Part shown: one piece after another, positions 1 to 9,121 of the stretch | Numbering within the stretch: position 1 is the stretch's first letter | Layout of the letters: every line of letters starts with the position of its first letter | IMG/VR virus record: IMGVR_UViG_3300049917_000087 | Coordinates: 1-58,586 of that record | Direction: 5' to 3' (one strand) | Origin: a virus | Taxonomy: Duplodnaviria > Caudoviricetes | Length of the DNA: 58,586 nucleotides | The notes under the pieces: model-generated | What the model was told of the DNA's origin: nothing | The model's database searches: none | What the model saw: the letters and a program-made list of their open reading frames with translations, nothing else | Position numbers and translations under genes: made by a program

Positions 1-30
1 CTCCCCCTCCGCCGCCTCCCCCTCCGCCGC
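1..30 (+). repeat. 15-bp tandem repeat x2 encoding a poly-proline linker
   Basis: CTCCCCCTCCGCCGC occurs twice at 1-30. Confidence 0.9.
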
Positions 31-800
31 CATCAGTCGGCACAGGTATTCGATTCCCTATCGATCTTCCTCCGCCATTACGCGACGGTTACGGAATCGG
101 CTTTGAGGAAACGCGCGCCAGCATGGAAGCCGAAAGCGGCTCTACTCGCGTGCGCAGATTAACGCTTAGCGGCCCACGTCTTGAACAACTAACGTGGGAT
201 CTATCGCAAACTCAGTTTCGTGTATTTGATCTATGGTGGCAAGAAACTATAGGTGCCGGTGCACGTGAGTTTGATATTCTGTTGTCGGATTTAGCTTACG
301 GCACTGTATGGTTCACTGCGCGTTGGATTGGCGCGTATCAAGCGGAAATTAGCGGTGTGCGCTACCGCTGGCGTGTTACCGGCACTGTGCGCCTGCTTGG
401 CGATCCCTTTACGGAGCGTCCCAGCGGCACCGATGAACTGCGCGGACGTTGTGCAGTCGATCTGCAGGCAAAAGGGCGCCTGGAAGTGCCCGTGAGCTTC
501 ACGGGCGCGGCGAGTGTGGGCATAGAGGCACGCGGGCGATTGAGTGGCGCAGGGGGCTTCCTTGCGGCTACACTGGGCATAACCGGAACAGGCCGTATCC
601 CACTCGGGCCGCTGCGCGGTTTGGGAAGTTTGGACGTTGCAGGTACGGCAGCTAATACTGAATTTGGCGTGGGTCAGCCTCAAATAGAGCGTGTGTGGTC
701 TGGTATGCAATGGTGGGCATATGGACGTTCTGCGGACATATTAGCTAATGAAGAAGCAGTGCACAGAAGTGCGATGGGGATAACAAATGTCGTTTACTGA
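3..800 (+). CDS. Distal-tail/minor tail protein (lambda gpM-like) with C-terminal extension, 5' truncated
   Basis: Frame of ORF 123..800 is open from base 3 (PPPPPPPPPPSVGTGIRFPIDLPPPLRDGYGIGFEETRASMEAESGSTRVRR). The LPxPLRDGY...ESG...RR pattern is typical of this minor tail family. Confidence 0.7.
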   Translation, partial: PPPPPPPPPPSVGTGIRFPIDLPPPLRDGYGIGFEETRASMEAESGSTRVRRLTLSGPRLEQLTWDLSQTQFRVFDLWWQETIGAGAREFDILLSDLAYGTVWFTARWIGAYQAEISGVRYRWRVTGTVRLLGDPFTERPSGTDELRGRCAVDLQAKGRLEVPVSFTGAASVGIEARGRLSGAGGFLAATLGITGTGRIPLGPLRGLGSLDVAGTAANTEFGVGQPQIERVWSGMQWWAYGRSADILANEEAVHRSAMGITNVVY

Positions 801-1119
801 AGTTGGCGGAGAATTCACTACGAACGGGACGACACCTGTTACCGTTGTTCCTACACCTTCATCCGGTCATCGTCACTTATTGAACAACGTTCATATAGAC
901 AACACCGATACGATAACGCGCACAGCTTCAATATTTAAGGATAAGGGCGGAACACCGCGCCGTATAGGCTTCGCAACTATTATTACAGGTGCACAGTACA
1001 CTTTCACAAAAGTTACTGTTCTTGATGCCACTAACGAAAGCATCTATGTAGTAATGGGCGAAGCGGATACGACTGCCGCGCCAACCGTTGATGTGGCATA
1101 TGCTGACGTTACCCCGTAA
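787..1119 (+). CDS. Small virion/tail protein, beta-rich
   Basis: 110 aa, Thr/Val rich, tightly packed within the tail operon. Confidence 0.6.
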   Translation: MSFTEVGGEFTTNGTTPVTVVPTPSSGHRHLLNNVHIDNTDTITRTASIFKDKGGTPRRIGFATIITGAQYTFTKVTVLDATNESIYVVMGEADTTAAPTVDVAYADVTP

Positions 1120-2061
1120 ATGTCTACGCCTATCTGTCCGTCAACTGTTCCGATTGTAAGCAAATTCACGCTTACGCCTGACAGTGGGCTAATTTCGGAC
1201 AGCGGCGATGGACCCAAGGATTTTAGACGCAGATATTCTTGCGCAAGTGCGCAGGCCAGTATCGCTTGGAATCTTCAGGCGACCGAACTGCAGATACTCT
1301 TGACTTTTGGTCGAACAGACCTACTGCAGTTCCATCGCTGGTTTTGGTTAAAGCTTCCTAGCGCGGGCGGTATAACGTGGCATGTCGTACGCATAGCACC
1401 CGGAACAAAGCCGCGCGTAAGAAGCACCGGGCACGGCGCGTGGTCAGTCGAAGCAGATATTGTAATCCGCGAACGTGCGTTCACAGAACAGCCTGAACCA
1501 CCGGTTGAACCGGAACCACCAACAGGGGAACCCGACGTGCTGTCATTCTTACTTAACGGTAATTCAAATACATATCCTCTTGATGCTACTCGTGTAGCGC
1601 TGTCGGATTTTTCGACGCGTAAGGCGCTAACTGCTGCAGATTACGCCACATTCAACGAAACGAACGGAAAGTTGACACTTCTGCAAGGTGGCGTGTATGA
1701 ATTGCTATTATCGATCGCTACTACATCATTGACGTTTTTTACACAATCCGCCAACATCGGTGCAGAAGTTTCTGTATTCAGTGAAGATGACGGACCTAGC
1801 GGCTTTGGAATAGCCGCGTACCCGTTTAGCTTCCCGCTTGTAAGCAGTGCGCCTGTTAATGCTGGCGGACCGTCTTTCCCTACCGTAGTGTTACATAAAA
1901 TAATCAATGTGTATGACTATGCGCCGATACACGATCCATACGAAATCATTATTGAACCGTTCGCATACACTGCAGCGGAAACCGGCACATACTATGTGCT
2001 AAGTATTTCAGGATCTTTGCGCAGGCTTGGCGATAGCATCTTTACGCCTTCTGACGATTAA
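1120..2061 (+). CDS. Second distal-tail-like protein with PEPP linker and appended domain
   Basis: N-terminal GPKDFRRRY...WFWLKLP...W pattern of gpM-like proteins, then EQPEPPVEPEPP linker. Confidence 0.6.
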   Translation: MSTPICPSTVPIVSKFTLTPDSGLISDSGDGPKDFRRRYSCASAQASIAWNLQATELQILLTFGRTDLLQFHRWFWLKLPSAGGITWHVVRIAPGTKPRVRSTGHGAWSVEADIVIRERAFTEQPEPPVEPEPPTGEPDVLSFLLNGNSNTYPLDATRVALSDFSTRKALTAADYATFNETNGKLTLLQGGVYELLLSIATTSLTFFTQSANIGAEVSVFSEDDGPSGFGIAAYPFSFPLVSSAPVNAGGPSFPTVVLHKIINVYDYAPIHDPYEIIIEPFAYTAAETGTYYVLSISGSLRRLGDSIFTPSDD

Positions 2062-2630
2062 TGCCTACCTTTCTAACTCCAAAACGCGGGCTATCCTATT
2101 CGCAAGCAATTGCGGAAGCGTACGCGTCAGCACCGGAAACGGTAGTCATTTACGACACATTAGAATTTCGTCATCCGACGTTCGTAGATGAAACAGGCGC
2201 CATCGTTGCCGTGCGTGTGGTCAACGATCACGTAAAACTAGTGGCAGGTATAGAAGCCGGCGCACCGGCAGATGCAGAGCGCTTTGTTCAATTTCAGCCG
2301 GTGCGTTTTGGCTTTCGCAGACCTACGGAAAGCGATAGCGCGCAAACTCCCGAAGTTGAAATTACTGTCAGTAACGTATCGCGTATACTGATGCGCTACT
2401 TAGACTTAGCTAAAGAATCGCGCATACCGATTGAAGTAACGTACCGCCCTTACTTATCTAACGATCTGACTGCGCCACATATGCAGCCTCCGCTTACTTT
2501 GACCTTGCGCAGTGTCAGCGCTGACGTAACCACAGTTACGGCGCGGGCAGGTTTCGGTGATCTTGGGAATAGAAGGTTTCCGCGCGTTGATTACACCTCG
2601 TCTAAGTTTCCAGGTCTTACCGCGAGGTAA
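2061..2630 (+). CDS. Tail tip protein (DUF1833/gpL-like)
   Basis: EAYASAP...TLEFRHP...VTYRPYLS motifs; lies before NlpC/P60 gene. Confidence 0.75.
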   Translation: MPTFLTPKRGLSYSQAIAEAYASAPETVVIYDTLEFRHPTFVDETGAIVAVRVVNDHVKLVAGIEAGAPADAERFVQFQPVRFGFRRPTESDSAQTPEVEITVSNVSRILMRYLDLAKESRIPIEVTYRPYLSNDLTAPHMQPPLTLTLRSVSADVTTVTARAGFGDLGNRRFPRVDYTSSKFPGLTAR

Positions 2631-2632
2631 TT

Positions 2633-3037
2633 ATGCATTGGGCTGACGGCTATATAGGTAAGCAGTGGGATCCGTTAGGGGATGGCGAAAGTACGTTCAA
2701 CTGCTGGACGTTTGCGCAGACGGTTCAACGTGTGCACTATTCGCGCGAACTGCCCGACGTTGAAATAAACGCTAGAAACAACTTGGCTATAGCGCGCGCA
2801 TGCGTGATTGAGTCAACAAAGGACAATTGGGTTTCCGTAGTTACTCCGCTTGACGGTGATATCGTCCTGCTTGCGCGCGCAAGCATTCCTGTGCATGTAG
2901 GGACTTGGGTGCGCGCTGGTTATAAATCTGGCGTGCTTCATTGCGTTAAGGGACTTGGCGTTGTTCATCAAACGCCACTAGATTTGCGTGCAGCAGGATG
3001 GGGGAAACTGACTTATTTTAGGTGGGTTCCGACATGA
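2633..3037 (+). CDS. NlpC/P60 tail assembly protein (gpK-like)
   Basis: FNCW, HVGTW and VLHC motifs. Confidence 0.85.
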   Translation: MHWADGYIGKQWDPLGDGESTFNCWTFAQTVQRVHYSRELPDVEINARNNLAIARACVIESTKDNWVSVVTPLDGDIVLLARASIPVHVGTWVRAGYKSGVLHCVKGLGVVHQTPLDLRAAGWGKLTYFRWVPT

Positions 3038-5397
3038 CAGCTACCGTAGTGCATGCTATCGATTCATTCAACAGCACGCGCAAAATTCAGGCGGTAGCTT
3101 CCGGCAGTCTGCTGCACACCCTCGCCCCGCTTGGCAATGCGCCCACGCTGTGCGTGCTCAATGGCGAGCCGCTATCGCGCACGTGCTGGGACGGTTGCGC
3201 GCTGGAATCCGGAGATGTTGCTGTGTTTGTAACGCTGCCTGCAGGCGGAGGCGATAGTAACCCATTTCAAATCGTGTTGGCTATAGTTTTAGTAGTAGCT
3301 GGCGCATTCACAGGTAACCCTTATTTAATATACGCAGGTATAGGGTTAGGCGTGTCGGGATTGATCCCGACACCAAAAGTGCCTGTAGGGTTGCAACCAG
3401 TCGAATCGCCAAGTCCTACATACAACGTCGCACTTTCCGGCAATTCGGCGCGAATCGGTCAGCCGCTGCCTGTGCCATATGGCAGGCACCTCATATTTCC
3501 GGATTTCGCTGCGCAACCCTACACAGAATTTCAAGATAACGACTCCTTCTACCATTTTCTACTTTGTATCGGTAATACAGGCGATATAGCGATAGAGTCG
3601 ATTACCATCGATGACACCGACATTTCGTCATTCGAAGAAGTACAAACACAATTGGTAGGCCCGAGTTTCACTAGCTCGCAATCACTAGTAAGCCCAGTTG
3701 TGGTTAATGCGCCCGAAGTAGCGGCGCAGAATATGGAAACGTTCCGCGTAGTGGGCCCGTTCGCTGCTACCGGACCTGGATTAAACGCGAGTAGGCTAGG
3801 GCTTGATTTCATAATGCCAAGGGGCCTATATTTTGCTTCAGATAGCGGTGCACTGACGAACAAAACAATAAATTGGAAAGTAGAGGTGCGGCAGATAGAC
3901 GAGTTAGGTTCGCCTATTAGTGAGTGGTCCGTAATAGGCACGGAAACCTACACTGCCGCCACAAATGAGCCGCAACGATTGACAAAGAACTACACCGTTT
4001 CGCCTGCGCGTTACGAAGTACGGGTGTCGCGTACAGATACGCGCGACGATAATTCGCGTGCCGCACATGATATTGAATGGGCAGCTATGCGTGCCTATAT
4101 CGATACTGTTGCGGCTCTTGAACCGACTGCAACGTATCTTGCCGGGCGTATACGTGCGACAAGTCAGCTTAGCGGAAGCAGTCAAAGAAGAATAGCAGTA
4201 ATCATCAGAAGAAAACTTGCGGTATGGAACGCCGAAAGCGGGTGGAGTGCGCCTGTTGAAACACGTTCGATAGCATGGGCATTAGCCGACATACTGCGCA
4301 ATTCCACTTATGGCGGAGGCGTACTAGACAACAGAATAGATTTAGTTACGCTAACTGAACTTGATGCGCTGTGGACGGATAGAGGCGATCACTTTGACGG
4401 TATATTCGATAAACGTGTAACTATGTGGCAAGCATTAACCACAGTGGCGCGTGCTGGGCGTGCACGTCCGCTATTGCGCGGAAATGTTGTGACGTTTGTA
4501 CGCGATTCGGAACAAACGCTTCCTTCTGCCATGTTCAATATGCGTAACATACAGCGTAATTCATTTGCAGTTGATTATTCTTTAGTCACAGAGGATTCGC
4601 CAGATGGCGTAAAGTTTGAATATTTTGATGCACGTACGTGGAATATGGAAAGTGTAATCGTGCCGCTTCCCGGTATAACAGAACCGGAAAATATAAGCAC
4701 GGGTAGCCTTATAGGCGTTACATCTAAACAGCAAGCTCTGCGCGAAGCCGCATATGCTGCTTACGATCTGGCGCTTAGGCGCACAACCGTTCGATTTACT
4801 ACCGAAATGGAAGGTCATTTGCCGACGTACGGAGACTTAATTGCAGTGTCGCATGATGTTCCTGACTGGGGTACTAGCGCGGACGTTACTGCTTTTGATG
4901 TTACCGCACCCGATGCCCCGATACTTACTTTATCGGAGCCCGTACCATGGACCAGCGTGCAGCATTACGCGCTTCTTAGGGACAGTTCAGGTAATACATA
5001 TGGCCCTTTTACAGTTAGTCAAGGTACTGCATTAAACAAAGCAGTATTCAACGAATCTTTGGGTTTCACGCCTTATGTCGGCACAGAAAAGGAGCGTACT
5101 TTTGTGTCTATAGGTCCAGGCGTGAACTTTGCGCGTTACTGCAAAGTGCGCTCTATTACGCCTAACGGCACCAATCTTGTCGCTATTTCAGCCATAGTCG
5201 AAGATAACCGCGTACACGGTGCGGATGCGCGATACCTGCCGCAATTCCCGTCAACGCGTCCCGCTTTCTATATGGCTTCCGGCACTGTGGGGTACAATGA
5301 AGCAACGTTTGCCCAGAAATCAGCACCGGCTGCGTGGGCCGCTCGTCCAGATGGAACTGTAGGCGATCAAGGTGACGCAGGTTTTACATATCAATGA
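3034..5397 (+). CDS. Tail tip/host specificity protein (gpI+gpJ-like)
   Basis: ARIGQPLPVPYG motif, LPTYGDLIAVSH; ATG 3034 overlaps the upstream stop. Confidence 0.85.
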   Translation: MTATVVHAIDSFNSTRKIQAVASGSLLHTLAPLGNAPTLCVLNGEPLSRTCWDGCALESGDVAVFVTLPAGGGDSNPFQIVLAIVLVVAGAFTGNPYLIYAGIGLGVSGLIPTPKVPVGLQPVESPSPTYNVALSGNSARIGQPLPVPYGRHLIFPDFAAQPYTEFQDNDSFYHFLLCIGNTGDIAIESITIDDTDISSFEEVQTQLVGPSFTSSQSLVSPVVVNAPEVAAQNMETFRVVGPFAATGPGLNASRLGLDFIMPRGLYFASDSGALTNKTINWKVEVRQIDELGSPISEWSVIGTETYTAATNEPQRLTKNYTVSPARYEVRVSRTDTRDDNSRAAHDIEWAAMRAYIDTVAALEPTATYLAGRIRATSQLSGSSQRRIAVIIRRKLAVWNAESGWSAPVETRSIAWALADILRNSTYGGGVLDNRIDLVTLTELDALWTDRGDHFDGIFDKRVTMWQALTTVARAGRARPLLRGNVVTFVRDSEQTLPSAMFNMRNIQRNSFAVDYSLVTEDSPDGVKFEYFDARTWNMESVIVPLPGITEPENISTGSLIGVTSKQQALREAAYAAYDLALRRTTVRFTTEMEGHLPTYGDLIAVSHDVPDWGTSADVTAFDVTAPDAPILTLSEPVPWTSVQHYALLRDSSGNTYGPFTVSQGTALNKAVFNESLGFTPYVGTEKERTFVSIGPGVNFARYCKVRSITPNGTNLVAISAIVEDNRVHGADARYLPQFPSTRPAFYMASGTVGYNEATFAQKSAPAAWAARPDGTVGDQGDAGFTYQ

Positions 5398-5400
5398 ACC

Positions 5401-6195
5401 ATGGCTATAGGCAACGTCGAAGCTGGTAAGCTAGTATATCTCTCGAAGTTAAACGAGATAATAGCCGCTATCGGTTCTATCGATGTGTCATGGGTTAATT
5501 TTGTCGGCTCAACTGGCGTTGTGCGCAATTCCGCAGGAAATATAGCCAGCATAACTAGAGAAGCTGCGGGCGCGTATAAAATACTGTTCACTTCGCCGCG
5601 GGCAAGTATAAACTATGCGGTAAAAGGAATTTGCACAGCTACTGCCGGAAATGACACAGGTTTTATCAGCCTCGTTCAATTAACACGTAGCTTTGTGCGC
5701 ATTGAATGTAGAAACGATGACGGGGGCAGAAATGATCCATCCATTGTGTGCTTAATAATTCAGGGTCCGGACCCTAATAATCGTTCTAGCGCGCTATCGG
5801 CTATAACTATTTTCGATCAAACGGTTAGTGAAATAGTAAGCGAAATTGCTACAGGCTCCGCGCGGTTTACGCTTAACTCGGACGGAACAACGACTTATTC
5901 AACAACGCTTTCGGGCTCCGGTAGCTTTCCAAACTGGGTTGAAGATGTTAGCGAGGCAGACTCTTTCGAGGCGCGCGCAACGTTGTTATCCGGCACTACG
6001 CCTGCAGGAAGCGCTTTAGGTAGCTGGCTTGATTTGACTTCAACGCGTTTTTGGGAAATAAATAACGATGCGTATTTTTATGTCGATTCGACATTTCGTT
6101 TAGACATACGCGATAAGGCATCGTTGCAGGTACGCGGCTCTGCAATAGTAACATTGAGCATCGGAACCGGTCCGGGAACAGGCGGAGGCGACTAA
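5401..6195 (+). CDS. Tail fibre/receptor-binding protein
   Basis: SWVNFxG...NIASITR...Y.I.F fibre-type domain plus extra C-terminal domain. Confidence 0.65.
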   Translation: MAIGNVEAGKLVYLSKLNEIIAAIGSIDVSWVNFVGSTGVVRNSAGNIASITREAAGAYKILFTSPRASINYAVKGICTATAGNDTGFISLVQLTRSFVRIECRNDDGGRNDPSIVCLIIQGPDPNNRSSALSAITIFDQTVSEIVSEIATGSARFTLNSDGTTTYSTTLSGSGSFPNWVEDVSEADSFEARATLLSGTTPAGSALGSWLDLTSTRFWEINNDAYFYVDSTFRLDIRDKASLQVRGSAIVTLSIGTGPGTGGGD

Positions 6196-6570
6196 ATGCC
6201 GATATCCAATATTGCAGAAGACGGCGCAATAACTGCTGACAAGATAAATGAAATAATCGACGCCATAAATGATTTATCCATATCGTGGATAAATTTCAAC
6301 GGTAACCCGTCTGTCGCTATTCGGGCGTCCGTTGGTAATATATCAGGTGTTACTCGCACAGGTTCAGGTCAATATCGTATATCATTCACCACAGCGCGTA
6401 GCACGGCTGATTATGCCGTAGCGGGTAACTGCACAGCTACAGCCGGCAACGATACGGGTTTTGTGATGTTAACTGCACAAACCACGACGTATTGCGATAT
6501 TTACTGCCGTAATGATGATGGCGGCGCAAACGACTGCAGTATTGTTTCACTCTTCGTAGTTGGGGGCTGA
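6196..6570 (+). CDS. Short tail fibre protein, paralog of the N-half of 5401..6195
   Basis: Shares NEII, CTATAGNDTGF and CRNDDGG with the preceding ORF. Confidence 0.7.
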   Translation: MPISNIAEDGAITADKINEIIDAINDLSISWINFNGNPSVAIRASVGNISGVTRTGSGQYRISFTTARSTADYAVAGNCTATAGNDTGFVMLTAQTTTYCDIYCRNDDGGANDCSIVSLFVVGG

Positions 6571-6571
6571 T

Positions 6572-7030
6572 ATGTCCGGATTTACTAATTACCTGCGTAA
6601 CGCTATCATCGATTGGTTCCACAGAGCGCAATCGTTTACACCGCCCGCGACTGTATACGTCGCGCTGTGTACAACTGCGCCAAGCGCAAGCAGCGCGGGA
6701 ACCGAAGTTTCTACGTCTGGCACGAGCTACGGGCGTGTCGCTGTAACTGCCTCGCTATTAAACTGGGCAGGTACTCAGGCCGCTTTAAGTACGTCAGCGA
6801 GTTCCGGAACATCAGGCACAACCAGTAACAATAGTTCAATCAGCTTTGGCACTGCAACGGCTTCGTGGGGAACTATTTCGCACTGGGAACTGTACGATGC
6901 ATCGACAAGCGGCAACCGCCTAATGTTTGGCACGATTGTCGATGGCGCAGGTTCAGCCTCTCCGCGCAGTGTGGCTACGGGCGACCCTGTTAGCTTTCCT
7001 GCATCTGCCCTGTCTATCGTTTGGAGCTAG
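6572..7030 (+). CDS. Tail fibre-associated structural protein
   Basis: TNYLRNAIIDW...VYVAL.T..P...WGTISHW.LYDA..GN pattern common in phage tail regions. Confidence 0.7.
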   Translation: MSGFTNYLRNAIIDWFHRAQSFTPPATVYVALCTTAPSASSAGTEVSTSGTSYGRVAVTASLLNWAGTQAALSTSASSGTSGTTSNNSSISFGTATASWGTISHWELYDASTSGNRLMFGTIVDGAGSASPRSVATGDPVSFPASALSIVWS

Positions 7031-7034
7031 CTTT

Positions 7035-7244
7035 ATGCACGTAGTTCCTGAATGGCGCAAGCTGATTCGAAAAGCTTGGTCGATCCGACTGGCGCTGCTG
7101 TCGGCTTCGCTATCGACCCTGGAAGGCGTTTTGCAGTACGTGGCACCTACGCAGGCCAGCGGGCGATTTGCGCTGCTGGCGGGCGCTGTAGGGCTTGCTG
7201 CGGCCGTTGCGCGCATCGTGGCCCAACCGGCCTTGCACGAGTAG
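7035..7244 (+). CDS. Putative holin/pinholin (69 aa, two hydrophobic segments)
   Basis: MHVVPEWRKLIRKAWSIRL..., directly upstream of the endolysin. Confidence 0.7.
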   Translation: MHVVPEWRKLIRKAWSIRLALLSASLSTLEGVLQYVAPTQASGRFALLAGAVGLAAAVARIVAQPALHE

Positions 7245-7246
7245 CC

Positions 7247-7723
7247 ATGCCTCGCCCTACGCCGCGCCGAACCGCTGTCACCCTGGCCCTGGCAGCGGCA
7301 ATTGCAGTGCCGGCAGAGGGATTGCGACAAGTCGCCTATCGGGATCCGCCCGGTATCCTGACTGTCTGTTATGGCAGTACGACGAATGTGCAGCCCGGAC
7401 GCGTTTATAGCCTGTCGGAGTGCAAAGCGAGGCTTGAAAGCGATATGCTTTCAGCGATAGCGACTGTTGAACAATGCGCACCTAATTTACCTGAGAACGT
7501 ATTAGCGGCATTCAGCGATGCCGTATATAACTTAGGGCCGGCTATTGCATGCGACAGAAACGCGTCTACAGCAGCGCGAATGCTAAGCAGCGGCGATATA
7601 GCCGGCGCCTGTGGTCAACTAGTTCGCTGGGACAAAGCGCGCGTAGCCGGGGCGCTTATAGCGCTACCCGGCTTGACTAAACGAAGGCGTACTGAATATG
7701 AACTGTGTATTCAGAAACCGTAG
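7247..7723 (+). CDS. SAR endolysin, T4-lysozyme-like (GH24)
   Basis: Ala-rich N-terminal anchor, then E-x8-D-x5-T triad (EGLRQVAYRDPPGILT) and GLTKRR motif. Confidence 0.9.
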   Translation: MPRPTPRRTAVTLALAAAIAVPAEGLRQVAYRDPPGILTVCYGSTTNVQPGRVYSLSECKARLESDMLSAIATVEQCAPNLPENVLAAFSDAVYNLGPAIACDRNASTAARMLSSGDIAGACGQLVRWDKARVAGALIALPGLTKRRRTEYELCIQKP

Positions 7724-8724
7724 CGGCCTGCGCAAATAGGCCCGATGCCTGCGGCAACGCTTTCCGGGTCAGTCAAGTCCCTATTGCACACGGAACACTT
7801 TCCGAATTGCTTGCCGTAAGCAATCGCTGCCGCTTTCGGATCCGCAGCAATCGCAAGTATTTCCGCTTCGGCTTTCGCGTCACATTCGCGAACTTTCAGG
7901 AAGCGTCCGCCTAGTACCTTGCCCATGTACTGCCCTGGAAGGTCGCCACTCGGCGTGCGAGTCTTGATATAAATTGCGCCCGCATTGGCGCTTGTTTCGC
8001 TGGCTGGACTAAACACGAACGCGCCGAGACGCAGTTTAGGATAGACGATGCCTGCAGCTTTTGCTTTAGCGAATGCAGCTTCTACGGGGTCAAGCTTGAT
8101 TACCGGCGCAGGAGTTTGCGTTTGAACCATTGCAGCGAATGCGCGTGCAGCCGGATCCGTACCTTTTGGAACTTGTTGAAGGTTGCGTGCAGCATCGGCA
8201 ACTATGTCACGACGAATGCCGACTAGTGTACTATCAAAAACACTACCGTACTTATCAACATTGGCAAGCTGATTCGCGTAGTAATTGCTGCCACTTTGCG
8301 CACGCTTTTGCATGTACGCGTATTCGTCCGCATGTGCCAGTTTCCAGGCTGCAGCAGCATCGGCAGCCTTTGCAATTTTACGTTCGTTCCGCGCCTTCTT
8401 TTGCAGTTCACGCACGCGCGCTTCCATTTGGCGGTTGAACGTTTCGAACCCGGCAACGGCACCGCCAGTTTGCTTAACGCACTCGCTACCGACAGTGAAA
8501 CGCGCGCCATCATCGCCGACAATGCGGTAGGCATACTTTATAGGCGTAGTGCAGTAACTGCAGCGGGTTTCGTCAATGTCGCAGGCAACGCACTTGAACG
8601 GCGCGCGGCCCAGCTTTGCAGCTTCGAACGGGTGCACAGCCACTTCGCGCGGCAGCGTCGGAGCGCGGACAGCTTCCGCAATGGCAGAAAGTTCGGCGTT
8701 GACTTGATCGATATCGATCTGCAT
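7711..8724 (-). CDS. Zn-binding protein with C-terminal DUF6011-like motif
   Basis: CSVCNRDLTDPESVAAGIGPICA at C-terminus; CSYC...VGSEC near N-terminus; own promoter and AGGAG. Confidence 0.75.
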   Translation of the reverse strand: MQIDIDQVNAELSAIAEAVRAPTLPREVAVHPFEAAKLGRAPFKCVACDIDETRCSYCTTPIKYAYRIVGDDGARFTVGSECVKQTGGAVAGFETFNRQMEARVRELQKKARNERKIAKAADAAAAWKLAHADEYAYMQKRAQSGSNYYANQLANVDKYGSVFDSTLVGIRRDIVADAARNLQQVPKGTDPAARAFAAMVQTQTPAPVIKLDPVEAAFAKAKAAGIVYPKLRLGAFVFSPASETSANAGAIYIKTRTPSGDLPGQYMGKVLGGRFLKVRECDAKAEAEILAIAADPKAAAIAYGKQFGKCSVCNRDLTDPESVAAGIGPICAGRYGF

Positions 8725-8730
8725 GACTAG

Positions 8731-8783
8731 CTCCTGATTACGTTGCGATGTAGCTATTATGGCAGCTTTTTAGCTAACGTCAA
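8731..8783 (-). promoter_or_regulatory. Early-type sigma70 promoter-leader element
   Basis: TTGACG-N16-CATAAT-AGCTACATCGCAA...AGGAG; 33 bp identical to 28194..28226. Confidence 0.85.
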
Positions 8784-8793
8784 GACTTATTTT

Positions 8794-9039
8794 TTAATGC
8801 AGTCGAACTTCGCCTACTTGATCTGTGACAATTGTTGTGTAAACGCCAGCTTCTTGCAACTTGGCTAAGCACGCAGTGAACAGCACATGAGGCAAACGAC
8901 TGTCACGCTCTGCGTCGGGAAGATGGACAGCGGCATAGACCGTATCACCTTCGATCTGTACGTGATTGGCAAGAAGCACGCTGTAAACAAGTTGAAGCAG
9001 TTCTGATTTTCCGTCCAGCGCTACTTGTGTGCTTTGCAT
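8794..9039 (-). CDS. Hypothetical protein (81 aa)
   Basis: GGAG RBS and promoter element upstream. Confidence 0.7.
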   Translation of the reverse strand: MQSTQVALDGKSELLQLVYSVLLANHVQIEGDTVYAAVHLPDAERDSRLPHVLFTACLAKLQEAGVYTTIVTDQVGEVRLH

Positions 9040-9045
9040 GATTTG

Positions 9046-9099
9046 CTCCGTTTACGTTTGCGATGTAGCTACTTTAGTCGCAAGGTCTACAAAGAGCAA
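9046..9099 (-). promoter_or_regulatory. Early-type promoter-leader element
   Basis: TTGCTC-N17-TAAAGT-AGCTACATCGCAAACGTAAACGGAG; 26 bp identical to 32540..32565. Confidence 0.8.
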
Positions 9100-9121
9100 G
9101 TGAAATTTTCACTATTTTTAG

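Noticed and set aside
5401-6570. Diversity-generating retroelement template/variable repeat pair in the fibre genes
   Set aside because: Differences between the copies are synonymous and not adenine-specific, and no reverse transcriptase is present
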